A DNA stretch of 56,249 nucleotides, from assembly GCA_031406795.1 (NCBI GenBank), contig JANOHV010000134.1, forward strand, positions 1 through 56,249, written 5' to 3'. This document shows, piece after piece, positions 27,194 through 36,036 of this stretch. Positions within the stretch are counted from its first letter, which is position 1, and every line of letters starts with the position of its first letter. Source of the DNA: Candidatus Rokuibacteriota bacterium (GTDB taxonomy: Bacteria; JAUVQV01; DATDCY01). The notes under the pieces were generated by a model. The model worked only from the letters and a program-made list of their open reading frames with translations. It did not search any database and was not told where the DNA came from. The translations under genes and the position numbers were made by a program.

Positions 27194-28173
27194 GATTCCC
27201 CACCCGCGGCGTCGAGTTCACGGATCGCCTCCTGGGCTTTGCGGGCCAGGGGGTGAAACGGGTCCGCGGCGAGAAATTGCTGATAGGCCTCCCGGGCCAT
27301 CACCCGTTCTCCCATGCGAACCAGGACCCGAGCCATATTGTAGCGCGCCTGAGAATAGTCGGGGTAGAGCTCGAGCGCGCGTCGATAGTGGAACAGCGCC
27401 TCGACGTAGCGCTCCTCGAGCGCGAAATGGTTGCCCTTCTCCAATTCCTCCTGGACCTGCGCCTTCTCGTGAGACTGCCGTTCGCGCGCCTTCTCCTCGG
27501 GGGCGGCCAATTGGTCGGCGCGCTCCGCCTCCTCGCCGAGATGACGCCGCAAAGCGCCGGGAACCTTGACCCGCGCTTTCTCGGAATCCAGCGAGCCGGT
27601 GATCCAACTCCACTCCGGCCACCAACGCCCCTCCCAGATCAGGACCCCGTAGAGGTGCCAGAGGCTGGAGACGAAAAGCAGCAGCGCCACGCCGCGGTGC
27701 AGGGCCGCGAGCTGCGGCATTAGGGCGAGAGAGCCGAGGCGGCCCCAGAAACCCACGCCAGCGCCGGTCGCGCCGAGAAGCGCCAGCGCGAGCAGGGTCC
27801 ACCAGTAGAACGCCTTCTGGCTGGGGCGGTACTGATCGGCCACCGGCGGCGGCGCCGTCTCGCCGAGCAGAAAGCGCATGCCGGCGAGTGCGGCCTCCCG
27901 GTCGCCGCGGCTCCAGCGCAGGGGGAAGCCGTCCCAACCGCGGGATTCGACATAGCCCCGGACTGCCAGATAGATCAGGTGGTAGCCGAGAACCCCGATC
28001 GCGACGAAGCCGAAGAGGACATGCCAGCCATGGATGGCGGCGGCCCCGGCCCCGAACGGGCGGCCGAGCACCAGCCCGGAGGCAAGGGCACTCCCGACCG
28101 CGAGCGCCAGCAGCGCATGCTGCGTCCGCTGATTCAGATTCATCCGCGGTATGCCGGTCGCCATGGTCGTCAT
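27190..28173 (-). CDS. Di-heme cytochrome b (FdnI/HyaC-like) fused to a C-terminal TPR domain
   Basis: Four TM helices with His in QHALL, WHVLF, LHRGV, WHLYG; YRPSQKAFYW; TPR ALFHYRRALELYPDYSQARYN; ATG 28173 overlaps the upstream TGA. Confidence 0.8.
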   Translation of the reverse strand: MTTMATGIPRMNLNQRTQHALLALAVGSALASGLVLGRPFGAGAAAIHGWHVLFGFVAIGVLGYHLIYLAVRGYVESRGWDGFPLRWSRGDREAALAGMRFLLGETAPPPVADQYRPSQKAFYWWTLLALALLGATGAGVGFWGRLGSLALMPQLAALHRGVALLLFVSSLWHLYGVLIWEGRWWPEWSWITGSLDSEKARVKVPGALRRHLGEEAERADQLAAPEEKARERQSHEKAQVQEELEKGNHFALEERYVEALFHYRRALELYPDYSQARYNMARVLVRMGERVMAREAYQQFLAADPFHPLARKAQEAIRELDAAGGES

Positions 28174-29030
28174 CTCCCCCGCGCCAGACCGATAGCCGCG
28201 CGCGCGACCAGACCAGCCACCAGCGCACCGGCGAGCAGGGTCAGCGCCAGGGACAGCGGCGACATCCTCGCCCGACCCCGGGGCAGCGGATTCATCGAAG
28301 CCCCGGCGACGGCGGATTCGCCGAGCGCGCCGTGACAGGCCCCCTTGCGGCCGGTGCCGAGGGCGCCATTGGAACAGGTTTCCGCCAGGTGCTTGCGGTT
28401 CACCGGGGATTCCGGCGCCGAAGCGGGACGCACCCGGTGGGCGCTGTGGCAGTCCGGACAGGAGGGCGCCCGGCGGTTGCCGCCTGCGAGCGCCAGAAAA
28501 TGACGGTCGGCGAACCAGGCCGCGACCATCGGGCTTCCCCGGTGGCAGGCGGCGCACTGGCGGGCCTCCGCGAGCTTGTCGCGCGCGGTAGTTTCCCGCC
28601 GCTCCGGCGACGGATGGCAGATCAGGCACCCGATCTTGCGCGAGCGCGCGCTGCCGTGGACGCTTGCCGTGTACTCCCAGTAGAGTCCTTCGTGCGAGAA
28701 GTCCCGGCCGCCGGTGCTCTCTCCGTGGCAGGACTGGCCGCAGCCGACGTCGCGATGCTCCCCGTGGGGGATGGACGCGATGTCGGCGTGGCACTCGCGG
28801 CAACCGACATCGCCGTGCGCCGATGAGTCGAATTTCCCGGCGGCGATGCCGAGGGCACGGGCCTTCCCGGCTTCGCGAACGGCGAACCCGGCGAGACCGT
28901 GGCACTCGAGGCACCCTTCCTCGTCGCCGGCCGCGGCGGGGCGGGGCAAAGCGAGCGCCGCCGCGGCGCAGACCGCCGCAACGAGCAGCCTGCCGACAGC
29001 ACGACCACTATTCCACGTAGAAACGGACAT
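28170..29030 (-). CDS. Membrane-anchored multiheme cytochrome c (5 CxxCH plus CX3CH and CX12CH)
   Basis: CLECH, CRECH, CLICH, CAACH, CPDCH, CGQSCH, CSNGALGTGRKGACH; signal peptide and C-terminal TM helix; start uncertain. Confidence 0.85.
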   Translation of the reverse strand: MSVSTWNSGRAVGRLLVAAVCAAAALALPRPAAAGDEEGCLECHGLAGFAVREAGKARALGIAAGKFDSSAHGDVGCRECHADIASIPHGEHRDVGCGQSCHGESTGGRDFSHEGLYWEYTASVHGSARSRKIGCLICHPSPERRETTARDKLAEARQCAACHRGSPMVAAWFADRHFLALAGGNRRAPSCPDCHSAHRVRPASAPESPVNRKHLAETCSNGALGTGRKGACHGALGESAVAGASMNPLPRGRARMSPLSLALTLLAGALVAGLVARAAIGLARGR

Positions 29031-30330
29031 CAACGTGCACCTCGGCACGTACTCTATCATAGTCCCAGGAACGTACCGAACCTTCCACGGCCTTGATCAG
29101 GGACTCGAAGCGGGCGCGATCTCCGGCCTGCGGTCGCTCGACGGCGACATCTTCGACCTCGCCGCTGTCGTTGATCGTGAGCACGAGGTAGACCTGGCAC
29201 CAGCCCTGCTGGAAGTTGCTCTTGCGGATGATCACTTCCGGGTACGAAATCGCATCGTAATCCTCCTCGATTCGGGAGGGGGGATAGCTCTTGATGATCA
29301 TCTGGACACGCCGGTCCAACTCGCCCTCGTGGGAGACCTTGGCCGCTTTGCCCCCGCGTCCGGAACCCGCACCCCCAACGCCACTGCCATGCCCGGATCC
29401 GGCGCCCGACCCCGCCCCATCCCCCCCGCCCGACCCCCGGCCGCCGCCCGTCCCGCGCCCCGCCGGGGCATCGACGTAGTCGCCGAAGAACGAGAGCTTG
29501 CCGCCGGGACCCAGCGTGCGGGAGAGCGGGGCCGGCGTGATGTGCCCGGAGAGGTCCTTGAAGACCGCCGTGTACGTGCCGGGCGGAAGATCGTCGAGCA
29601 GGGCGCGCCCCGGCCTGCTCAAGTCCAGCGGACGACCGTCGGGGCGGTAGATGGTGAATTGGGCGCCCGGCTCGTTGCTGTCGACGACCAGCTCGGTGCT
29701 GCGCCGGTACTTGCCGACGAAGACGATCTGCCCCTTCGCCACCAGGTTCTTGGTCTGCACCGGCGGCGTCGCGAAACCCGCCACGGGGTTGAAGGTGGCG
29801 GTATAAGACCCCGTTGGCGCTCCCTTGCGAACCCAGAAGGTGCCGGACCCGCGGTATTCGGCCGGCCCGGTGACGATGAACGAGGCTGCCGGCAGGTCGG
29901 TCACGACGCTCACCGAGTTGTCGCCCTGCTCGGCGAGCCGCGCTTTGTCCGGTTCCTTCTCCACCAGTTCCTGCTCCATCGCCGGGGAAAGCTCGGTCTC
30001 CTTCGGAGGCTCGGGACCCTGCTCCTTGACCTTGGGCGCTGGCGCGGGCGGGGGTGCCGATTTCTCGCCGCCGCCGACCTTCCCTTCGGTGGCGGCGGGA
30101 ACCTGGGCCATGCGCGGCGGCGCGGGGACCGTCTCGCGCGGCGGCGCGATGTCGCGCACCCGGCGGATGACCATGAGCCGCTCCTTCTTCTGCTCCTCCT
30201 GCGCCCGCTGATAGAGCCGCCCCCAGCCGAAGAGCACCACGAAGTGCACCACCACCGCTCCGATGATCGCAATGACGGCGACGAGCCGTTCCGCGCGGGT
30301 GATCTGACCTTCGGGGTTTATCCGCGGCAT
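29008..30330 (-). CDS. TonB/TolA-like energy transducer with two PEGA-like repeats and a Gly-rich linker
   Basis: Single N-terminal TM with His (AVVVH), Pro-rich spacer, C-terminal QVYLVLTINDSGEVEDVAV...SVRSWDY resembling TonB_C; follows exbB-exbD. Confidence 0.75.
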   Translation of the reverse strand: MPRINPEGQITRAERLVAVIAIIGAVVVHFVVLFGWGRLYQRAQEEQKKERLMVIRRVRDIAPPRETVPAPPRMAQVPAATEGKVGGGEKSAPPPAPAPKVKEQGPEPPKETELSPAMEQELVEKEPDKARLAEQGDNSVSVVTDLPAASFIVTGPAEYRGSGTFWVRKGAPTGSYTATFNPVAGFATPPVQTKNLVAKGQIVFVGKYRRSTELVVDSNEPGAQFTIYRPDGRPLDLSRPGRALLDDLPPGTYTAVFKDLSGHITPAPLSRTLGPGGKLSFFGDYVDAPAGRGTGGGRGSGGGDGAGSGAGSGHGSGVGGAGSGRGGKAAKVSHEGELDRRVQMIIKSYPPSRIEEDYDAISYPEVIIRKSNFQQGWCQVYLVLTINDSGEVEDVAVERPQAGDRARFESLIKAVEGSVRSWDYDRVRAEVHVDVRFYVE

Positions 30331-30352
30331 GGGCTGAGCGTACTGCGGCGGA

Positions 30353-30760
30353 CTACTTGCCTTCCTTTTCCGTCGGGAGCGCGATATTGCTGATCCCGAC
30401 CTGGAGCAGTTCGTCGAGCACGTCGACCACGCGCCGGTAGGGCACCCCCTGGTCGCTCTTGATCAGGACGAACCCCTCGGGACGGCCGGCCAGCTTGCCG
30501 AGCACGGCTTTGCCCAGGCCGCGCAGTTCGACCTTCTCTCCGTCGAGAAAGAGCGTCTGCGCAGGATCGATCGAAATCGTGACGTTGCGCTCCTTGATGT
30601 CCTGCTGCGTCGTGGTTGCCGGCAGACGCATCTGGATGCCGCGGGAGACGTCGAAAACCGTGCTCACCATGAAGAAGATGATCAGCAGAAAGGTGATGTC
30701 CGCCATCGAGGCGGTCGGGATCGGCTCGTCGTCGTCGCGGAAGCGGTTCTTAAATCTCAA
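30353..30760 (-). CDS. exbD: ExbD/TolR family biopolymer transport protein
   Basis: PTASMADITFLLIIFFMV with the conserved TM Asp; IKSDQGVPYRRVVDVLD. Confidence 0.9.
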   Translation of the reverse strand: MRFKNRFRDDDEPIPTASMADITFLLIIFFMVSTVFDVSRGIQMRLPATTTQQDIKERNVTISIDPAQTLFLDGEKVELRGLGKAVLGKLAGRPEGFVLIKSDQGVPYRRVVDVLDELLQVGISNIALPTEKEGK

Positions 30761-31415
30761 GGTAGTCCCCGCCGATCATGTCGCGCTGCGTGGCGCGCTG
30801 GGCGACCTGCTCCTCGAGCTCGCCGAGCGCGTCGAGGAACTTGATCGAGCTCTCCTCCATCTCGAGAACGAAGCGGTTGATGCGGTGCACGAAGAAGTAC
30901 TGGATCGTGACCGTCGGGATCGCGATCGTCAGGCCCGCCGCGGTGGTGATCAGTGCCTCGGCGATGCCGCCGGCAACCACGCCGGGGTCGCCCATGCCGG
31001 CCTTGGCGATGGACTCGAAGGCGCCGATCATCCCGGTGACCGTCCCGTAGAAGCCCAGCAGCGGCGCCATCTTGCCCATCGTCGCGAGGATGACGAGATT
31101 GCGCTCCAACTTCGCGACTTCGACCCCGGCCGAGCTTTCGATGGCCTTCTCGATCTCCTCGCGACTGCGGCGATGCTTGCGCAGGGCGGCGAGGAAGATC
31201 GAGGAGAGCGGGCCGCGGTACTCCTCGCAGATCCGGGTGGCTTCGGCGAGCTGGTTGGAGCCGAGCGCCGTGTTGATGCGCTCCATGAACTCCGTGACGT
31301 TCATCCGGGCGCGATGCAGAAACCAGGCGCGCTCGATGATGACCGCCAGCGCGATGATCGAGCACAGCAGCAACGGCCACATGACCGGGCCGCCTTTGAC
31401 GAAAATCTCCAGCAC
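30750..31415 (-). CDS. exbB: ExbB/TolQ/MotA proton channel protein
   Basis: GGPVMWPL, APLLGFYGTVTGMI, GIAEALITTAAGL. Confidence 0.92.
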   Translation of the reverse strand: MLEIFVKGGPVMWPLLLCSIIALAVIIERAWFLHRARMNVTEFMERINTALGSNQLAEATRICEEYRGPLSSIFLAALRKHRRSREEIEKAIESSAGVEVAKLERNLVILATMGKMAPLLGFYGTVTGMIGAFESIAKAGMGDPGVVAGGIAEALITTAAGLTIAIPTVTIQYFFVHRINRFVLEMEESSIKFLDALGELEEQVAQRATQRDMIGGDYLEI

Positions 31416-31473
31416 GATTTCCCCGCTCCTTTTCTCCCCCCGACGGACGGCACCTGACGGCCGGGCTGCCGGC

Positions 31474-32913
31474 TCAGTGCCTCCCGTGGCAGGGGGTGCA
31501 TTGCTCGTTGTACGTCGTCAGCCGCAGGCGCTTCTCCTCGTCGGCGCCGATGCCCCCCGGCCCCTTGAGCAGGCCGCGCTCGTGCGGGTTGTGGCAGGTG
31601 ATGCAGGTCACGCGGGCGTCCTCCTCGAGCGGCAGCCGCACCTTGCGCCGCTCCTCGTACTCGCGCAGGTTGTCGGCCATCGTCCTCGTCAACGGCTTGA
31701 CGTGGTCCACGCCGCTCGGGTGCGGCGCGGTCGGGTGGCAGGAGATGCACAGCGCGGTCAGCGTGTCGGTGTAGCGCAGGCCGTCACCGCCGGCGCCGAC
31801 GTTCGGCGCGACCACGTGGCAGTAGAGACATTTCTTCTGGTAGATCTCGCCGCCCTCGTCAAGCTGGTCGTGGGGGTTGAGGGTGGAGAAATTCTTCCCC
31901 TCGTGGCAGCGCGCGCAGAACTCCTCGGTGGTGTTGTAAGGCCCCCCGCGCAGGAAGCGGGAGTTCTCGCGGCCGGCCGCGCCCAGGCACTCGGGGGGCT
32001 TGTGGCAGCTGATACAGACAATCGCCTCTTTCTCCAGCGGCGTGTGCGAAAAATCCATCTTCCAGGTCGCCGGGGTGGATTTTACCCCCAACGGGTGATG
32101 CTCGACGCCCGGGTGGCACCGCTGGCAGAGCCGGAGGGATTCCCCGGGGAAGCGCAGTACAATCGGCGCCCCCGGCTGCGGCGTGTCCGGGTGGCAGGCG
32201 AGGCAGAAGATCTTGCCGCCGTGGGGGTTCAGGTTCGCCGAGTCGGCCAGAACCTTCGGGAAGTCGTCCCGCAGCGAAGGAAAGAGCAGCGAGCGGCCAT
32301 GGGCCCGATGGCAGTTCAGGCAGGTCGTGCCGGCGACCGGGACGTTGCCGCGGGGGTAGTGAGAGCGATCGACGCCCGCGTGGCAGGAGCGACAGAAGGT
32401 TTCAACACCCTGGGAAGTGAAGCGCGCCGGTGTGGCCGCCCCGGCCTTGAGTTCGGCCGCCGGCTTGTCGTGGCAACCGGCGCAGTCCATCGCGTCGTGC
32501 GAATTCTCGAAACCCTCGCCGCCGCCGCCGACCGCGGCGGAACCGGTGTCCAGCGGCGGCGCGAACGATACCGCGGGGGCCGCCGGCGAGGAAACCCCGG
32601 GCGCACGCGGGGCGGCGCGTTCGGAAACGGGCGGGAGGATGACGAGCCAGAAATCCTGCTTGCCCTCTTTGTGACAGGAGCGGCAGCTGCCCGAAACGAC
32701 GGCGTGCGGTTCGTCGCTCGAGGAGAAGATCTTCGTCCGCCCGGGGCCGGATCCCGGGGCCCCGCCCTTGTGGCAATGCAGGCAGCCCTCGCGGGTGTGC
32801 GGATTCAGGACGGCATCGTCGCCGGCGGCCGCAACCGCGCCGATCGACAGCAGGGCGACGAGCACCGCCGGGGTGAAACGTGTGCGAATCTGCATGGCGG
32901 TGATGAGAGTCAC
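31474..32913 (-). CDS. Periplasmic multiheme cytochrome c (13 CxxCH)
   Basis: 13 CxxCH motifs counted; repeated NPH and HP distal-ligand motifs; signal peptide; start GTG 32913 or ATG 32895. Confidence 0.9.
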   Translation of the reverse strand: MTLITAMQIRTRFTPAVLVALLSIGAVAAAGDDAVLNPHTREGCLHCHKGGAPGSGPGRTKIFSSSDEPHAVVSGSCRSCHKEGKQDFWLVILPPVSERAAPRAPGVSSPAAPAVSFAPPLDTGSAAVGGGGEGFENSHDAMDCAGCHDKPAAELKAGAATPARFTSQGVETFCRSCHAGVDRSHYPRGNVPVAGTTCLNCHRAHGRSLLFPSLRDDFPKVLADSANLNPHGGKIFCLACHPDTPQPGAPIVLRFPGESLRLCQRCHPGVEHHPLGVKSTPATWKMDFSHTPLEKEAIVCISCHKPPECLGAAGRENSRFLRGGPYNTTEEFCARCHEGKNFSTLNPHDQLDEGGEIYQKKCLYCHVVAPNVGAGGDGLRYTDTLTALCISCHPTAPHPSGVDHVKPLTRTMADNLREYEERRKVRLPLEEDARVTCITCHNPHERGLLKGPGGIGADEEKRLRLTTYNEQCTPCHGRH

Positions 32914-33308
32914 TCCTCCTGCCGCAGTTCCTTGACCGCGGAGTGCATGACGAAGATGCGCTTGTTGTTGCCGCCCGGGTCCGAGGGGAACAGCAGGAAC
33001 CCGTAGCGCGAGAGATTGACGCCGAGGGCCGTACCGCGCATGGTCTCCCCGTCGATGAACGTCAGCAGGTAACGACGGCCGATCGTGCCCTCGGGGATGC
33101 GCAGTTTCTGCTCGCGGTACTCGCGGTTCCCCTGGAGGCTGTGCACGAAGAAGATCGCCTTGAGTTCATCGATGTTGATCGTGGCGGGCCCGCCGGGCGC
33201 CGCGGGCTCCTGGTTAAGGGTAAAAGTGGTGCGGTTGGGGGCGAAATCCGACGTCGTCCCCTTCGCAACCGCCCCGTTCTTGTAGCGCACCACCACCTTG
33301 TGCAGCAT
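32910..33308 (-). CDS. Conserved small protein (DUF6982-like) with an internal two-fold repeat
   Basis: KVVVRYKNGAVAKG / YLLTFIDGETMRG; LKAIFFV; start refined to ATG 33308; family name from recall. Confidence 0.65.
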   Translation of the reverse strand: MLHKVVVRYKNGAVAKGTTSDFAPNRTTFTLNQEPAAPGGPATINIDELKAIFFVHSLQGNREYREQKLRIPEGTIGRRYLLTFIDGETMRGTALGVNLSRYGFLLFPSDPGGNNKRIFVMHSAVKELRQEE

Positions 33309-33336
33309 CGCTTGTTTCTTTCCCCGAATCCGCCGC

Positions 33337-33365
33337 AGTGTCTCAATATCCGCATCCGGTGTCAA
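33337..33365 (-). promoter_or_regulatory. Putative sigma70 promoter of the cytochrome/ExbBD-TonB cluster
   Basis: Minus strand TTGACA-N17-GACACT with TG before the -10. Confidence 0.4.
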
Positions 33366-33577
33366 TTTACCTGACGAGACCAAAATCCGCGCGTAACGCG
33401 CGGATCAGCTGAGGCAGGCTTGTTGCTTGACCGCTGCTCCCCTGCTCTTCGTGAGCGAAATCAGGCTCTTCCCGGTGAGTTGAGATGCCTGCTGTTCGAG
33501 AGCGCCTCGCCGCCCGGGCGGTTTCCCCGGGGAGCCGGCGGGGTGGAAAATCCGTTCGGGATGGTATCATCCCGCCC

Positions 33578-34876
33578 ATGCCGCGCTCTCACCGTGGAAG
33601 CCTCGCCCTCGTCGTCGCCGACCCCGCGGGCCGCATCGTGGACCTCCCGGAGTACTCCGCGCTGGGGCGCGCCGGGGAGGCCCTCGTCGCGCCGGAGCGC
33701 GACGCGTGCATCCCGCTGCCGGCCGGGTCGGAGCTCTTCCTGCTTCCCGGCCGGGAACCCCTCGGCCGCAGCACCCGCACCGGCGAACTGTGCTCGGTCG
33801 GGGGCGTGAGCGCCGTCGCCGCTTTCCTTGCGCCGGCGCACACGCAGCTGCTGACGCCCGCCTACCGGACGGCCGCCGGCGCCCCGCGACTGCCGCTGTT
33901 CGCGTACACGGCCGTCGGCTGGCACCGCGGCCGCTACTACGTCCCGGCGGTGCGCGTCGACGCCGACCGCCGCCAGGATATCGCCGAATTCGACCAGCGG
34001 GAGATCGCGCGGCGCGCCCGCGGGCTCAAGGCGCGCCACCGCGGCAACCGCCTCTGGCAGCACCTGCTCGGCTGCGCGCTGCGCTCGGGCTGCCCCGCCG
34101 CGCGCAACCTGGTCCTGGGACGCTGGGAGGCGCCGCTGCCGACCTCGCCGGCCTGCAACGCCCGCTGCCTCGGCTGCCTCTCGTGCCAGCCCGCCGACTC
34201 CTGCTGCCCGGCCACCCAGGAGCGCATCGCCTTCTCCCCGAGCGTCGCCGAGATCCTGGAGGTCGCGGTGCCGCATCTGGAGACCGCCCCGCGCGCGGTG
34301 GCGAGTTTCGGCCAGGGGTGCGAGGGAGAGCCGCTGCTGGTCGCGCCGCTGATCGAGGCCGCGGTGCGCGAAATCCGCGCCCGCACCGCGCGCGGGACGC
34401 TCAACCTGAACACGAACGCCAGCCTCCCGGAGGCGCTCGGGCGCATCCTCGACGCCGGGCTCGACAGCGTGCGGGTCAGCCTCAACAGCGCCCGCCCGGA
34501 ACTCTACCGCGCCTACGCCCGCCCCCGGGGGTACGACTTCGAAGACGTGATCGAGAGCATGCGCGCGATCAGGCGGCGCGGGAAGTTCCTCTCGATCAAC
34601 TACTTCGTCTTCCCCGGCGTCACGGACGACCCGGCCGAGTGGGCCGCGTTCCGCAGGCTGCTGCGCGAGGTGCACCCCGAGCTGATCCAGTGGCGCAATC
34701 TCAACCTCGACCCGGCGTGGTACTGGGAGACCGCGCGGCCATTCCAGGGCGGCGCGCCGCTGGGTGTGCGGACGATCCTCGCGCGGGTGCGCCGCGAATT
34801 CCCGGCGATCCGCTTCGGCTACTTCAATCCGCCCCTTCGCGGGTCTTTGCGGTATGAAGCCGCCCCGGAACGATGA
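33578..34876 (+). CDS. Radical SAM protein of unknown substrate
   Basis: CNARCLGC (CxxxCxxC), SFGQGCEGEPLL, NLNTNAS; start refined to ATG 33578. Confidence 0.88.
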   Translation: MPRSHRGSLALVVADPAGRIVDLPEYSALGRAGEALVAPERDACIPLPAGSELFLLPGREPLGRSTRTGELCSVGGVSAVAAFLAPAHTQLLTPAYRTAAGAPRLPLFAYTAVGWHRGRYYVPAVRVDADRRQDIAEFDQREIARRARGLKARHRGNRLWQHLLGCALRSGCPAARNLVLGRWEAPLPTSPACNARCLGCLSCQPADSCCPATQERIAFSPSVAEILEVAVPHLETAPRAVASFGQGCEGEPLLVAPLIEAAVREIRARTARGTLNLNTNASLPEALGRILDAGLDSVRVSLNSARPELYRAYARPRGYDFEDVIESMRAIRRRGKFLSINYFVFPGVTDDPAEWAAFRRLLREVHPELIQWRNLNLDPAWYWETARPFQGGAPLGVRTILARVRREFPAIRFGYFNPPLRGSLRYEAAPER

Positions 34877-35454
34877 TCAAGCACCTCGGCCGCAAGCTCT
34901 TCCACGTGCTCGGGGGTCTCGGACTGCTCGCCGTCTGGTTCGCCTTCGGCCGCCCGCGCGCCTTCTTCGTCTACGCGGCGCTCCTCGCCGCGGTGCTGCT
35001 CTTCGACGTCGCGCGTTTTCTCGTGCCCCGCTTCAACGCCTGGGCGATGACCAACCTGGGCGGCTTCCTGCGCCCCGGCGAGGAGCGCAAGCTCAACGGG
35101 ACCCCGCCCTACATCTGCGGCGTCGCGCTGACGCTGCTGCTCTTTCCAGAGCCGGCCGCGGTCGCCGCGATCCTCTTCCTCGTCATCGGCGACGTGTCGG
35201 CGACCACCGTCGGCGAGCGCTGGGGCCGCCGCAGGATCGGCGCCAAGAGCCTGGAGGGGACGGCGGCGTTCTTCGTCGCCGGCTGCCTCGCGGGTTTCGC
35301 CGCGCGCGCCTGCGTGCCCGGCCTCGCGCCGGGGGTGATCGTCGCCGGCGCCTGGTGCGCCGCGCTCATCGAACTGTTTCTCCCGCGCTTCGCCAACGAC
35401 AATCTCGTCATCCCGATCGTCGCGGCTTTCGCCATGACGATCCTGACGTCGTGA
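34873..35454 (+). CDS. CTP-dependent polyprenol/phytol/diacylglycerol kinase family membrane protein
   Basis: RKLFH, IGDVSATTVG, KSLEGT, DNLVIP motifs; ATGA coupling. Confidence 0.82.
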   Translation: MIKHLGRKLFHVLGGLGLLAVWFAFGRPRAFFVYAALLAAVLLFDVARFLVPRFNAWAMTNLGGFLRPGEERKLNGTPPYICGVALTLLLFPEPAAVAAILFLVIGDVSATTVGERWGRRRIGAKSLEGTAAFFVAGCLAGFAARACVPGLAPGVIVAGAWCAALIELFLPRFANDNLVIPIVAAFAMTILTS

Positions 35455-36011
35455 AGAGCCGCCTGCGGATTCGCTCTCTGGCCAGCCCGCACCACCGCGA
35501 CCGGCGCGGAAACGACGTGGACCTGATCGTCGTCCATCACATCACCTGCCCGCCGGGGCGTTTCGGCACGGAGGACGTCGCGGCGCTCTTTCTCGGGACG
35601 CTCGACACCGCCCGCCACCCGGCCTACCGGGAAGTCGCGGGGAAAGAACTCTCGGCGCACTTCCTGATCGACCGGCCGGGCCGCGTCACGCAGTTCGTGG
35701 CGACCGACCGGGCCGCGTATCACGCCGGGGCCAGCCGCTGGCGCGGGCGCGATGGGTGCAACGATTTCTCCGTCGGCATCGAGCTGATCGGGGACGCCGA
35801 CCACGACTTCACCGCGCGCCAGTACGCCACGCTCGCGCGTCTCTGCCGCGATCTGATGCGCACGCACCCGAGGATCACCCCGCGGCGCATCGTCAGCCAC
35901 AGCCAGGTCGCGATTCCCCGCGGCCGCAAGTCCGATCCCGGCCCGCGCTTCGACTGGCCGCGCCTGCACCGAAACCTCGCCGCCCTGCGCCTTCCCCGTT
36001 ACGGCCGCTGA
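35451..36011 (+). CDS. ampD: N-acetylmuramoyl-L-alanine amidase (Amidase_2, AmpD-like)
   Basis: IVVHHI.CPPG, SAHFLIDR.G, AYHAG.S.W.GR..CNDFSVGIEL, HS, RKSDPG; GTGA coupling. Confidence 0.9.
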   Translation: MKSRLRIRSLASPHHRDRRGNDVDLIVVHHITCPPGRFGTEDVAALFLGTLDTARHPAYREVAGKELSAHFLIDRPGRVTQFVATDRAAYHAGASRWRGRDGCNDFSVGIELIGDADHDFTARQYATLARLCRDLMRTHPRITPRRIVSHSQVAIPRGRKSDPGPRFDWPRLHRNLAALRLPRYGR

Positions 36012-36036
36012 AAAGGGCCCATCTGCGGCGTTGCAC
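36001..36036 (-). repeat. Terminal fragment of the structured repeat family overlapping the ampD stop
   Basis: acggccgctgaaaagggccccatctgcggcgttgca is the near-exact reverse complement of 47317-47351. Confidence 0.8.

Noticed and set aside
27190..28914. 574-aa ORF read as a frameshifted cytochrome c/b fusion
   Set aside because: The first ~245 aa are an alternative frame of the cytochrome c gene; a clean ATGA overlap at 28170-28173 with a GGGGGAG RBS supports two genes
34764..35450. N-terminal extension of the 415-aa AmpD ORF
   Set aside because: Overlaps the kinase-like gene in another frame; the amidase begins at GTG 35451
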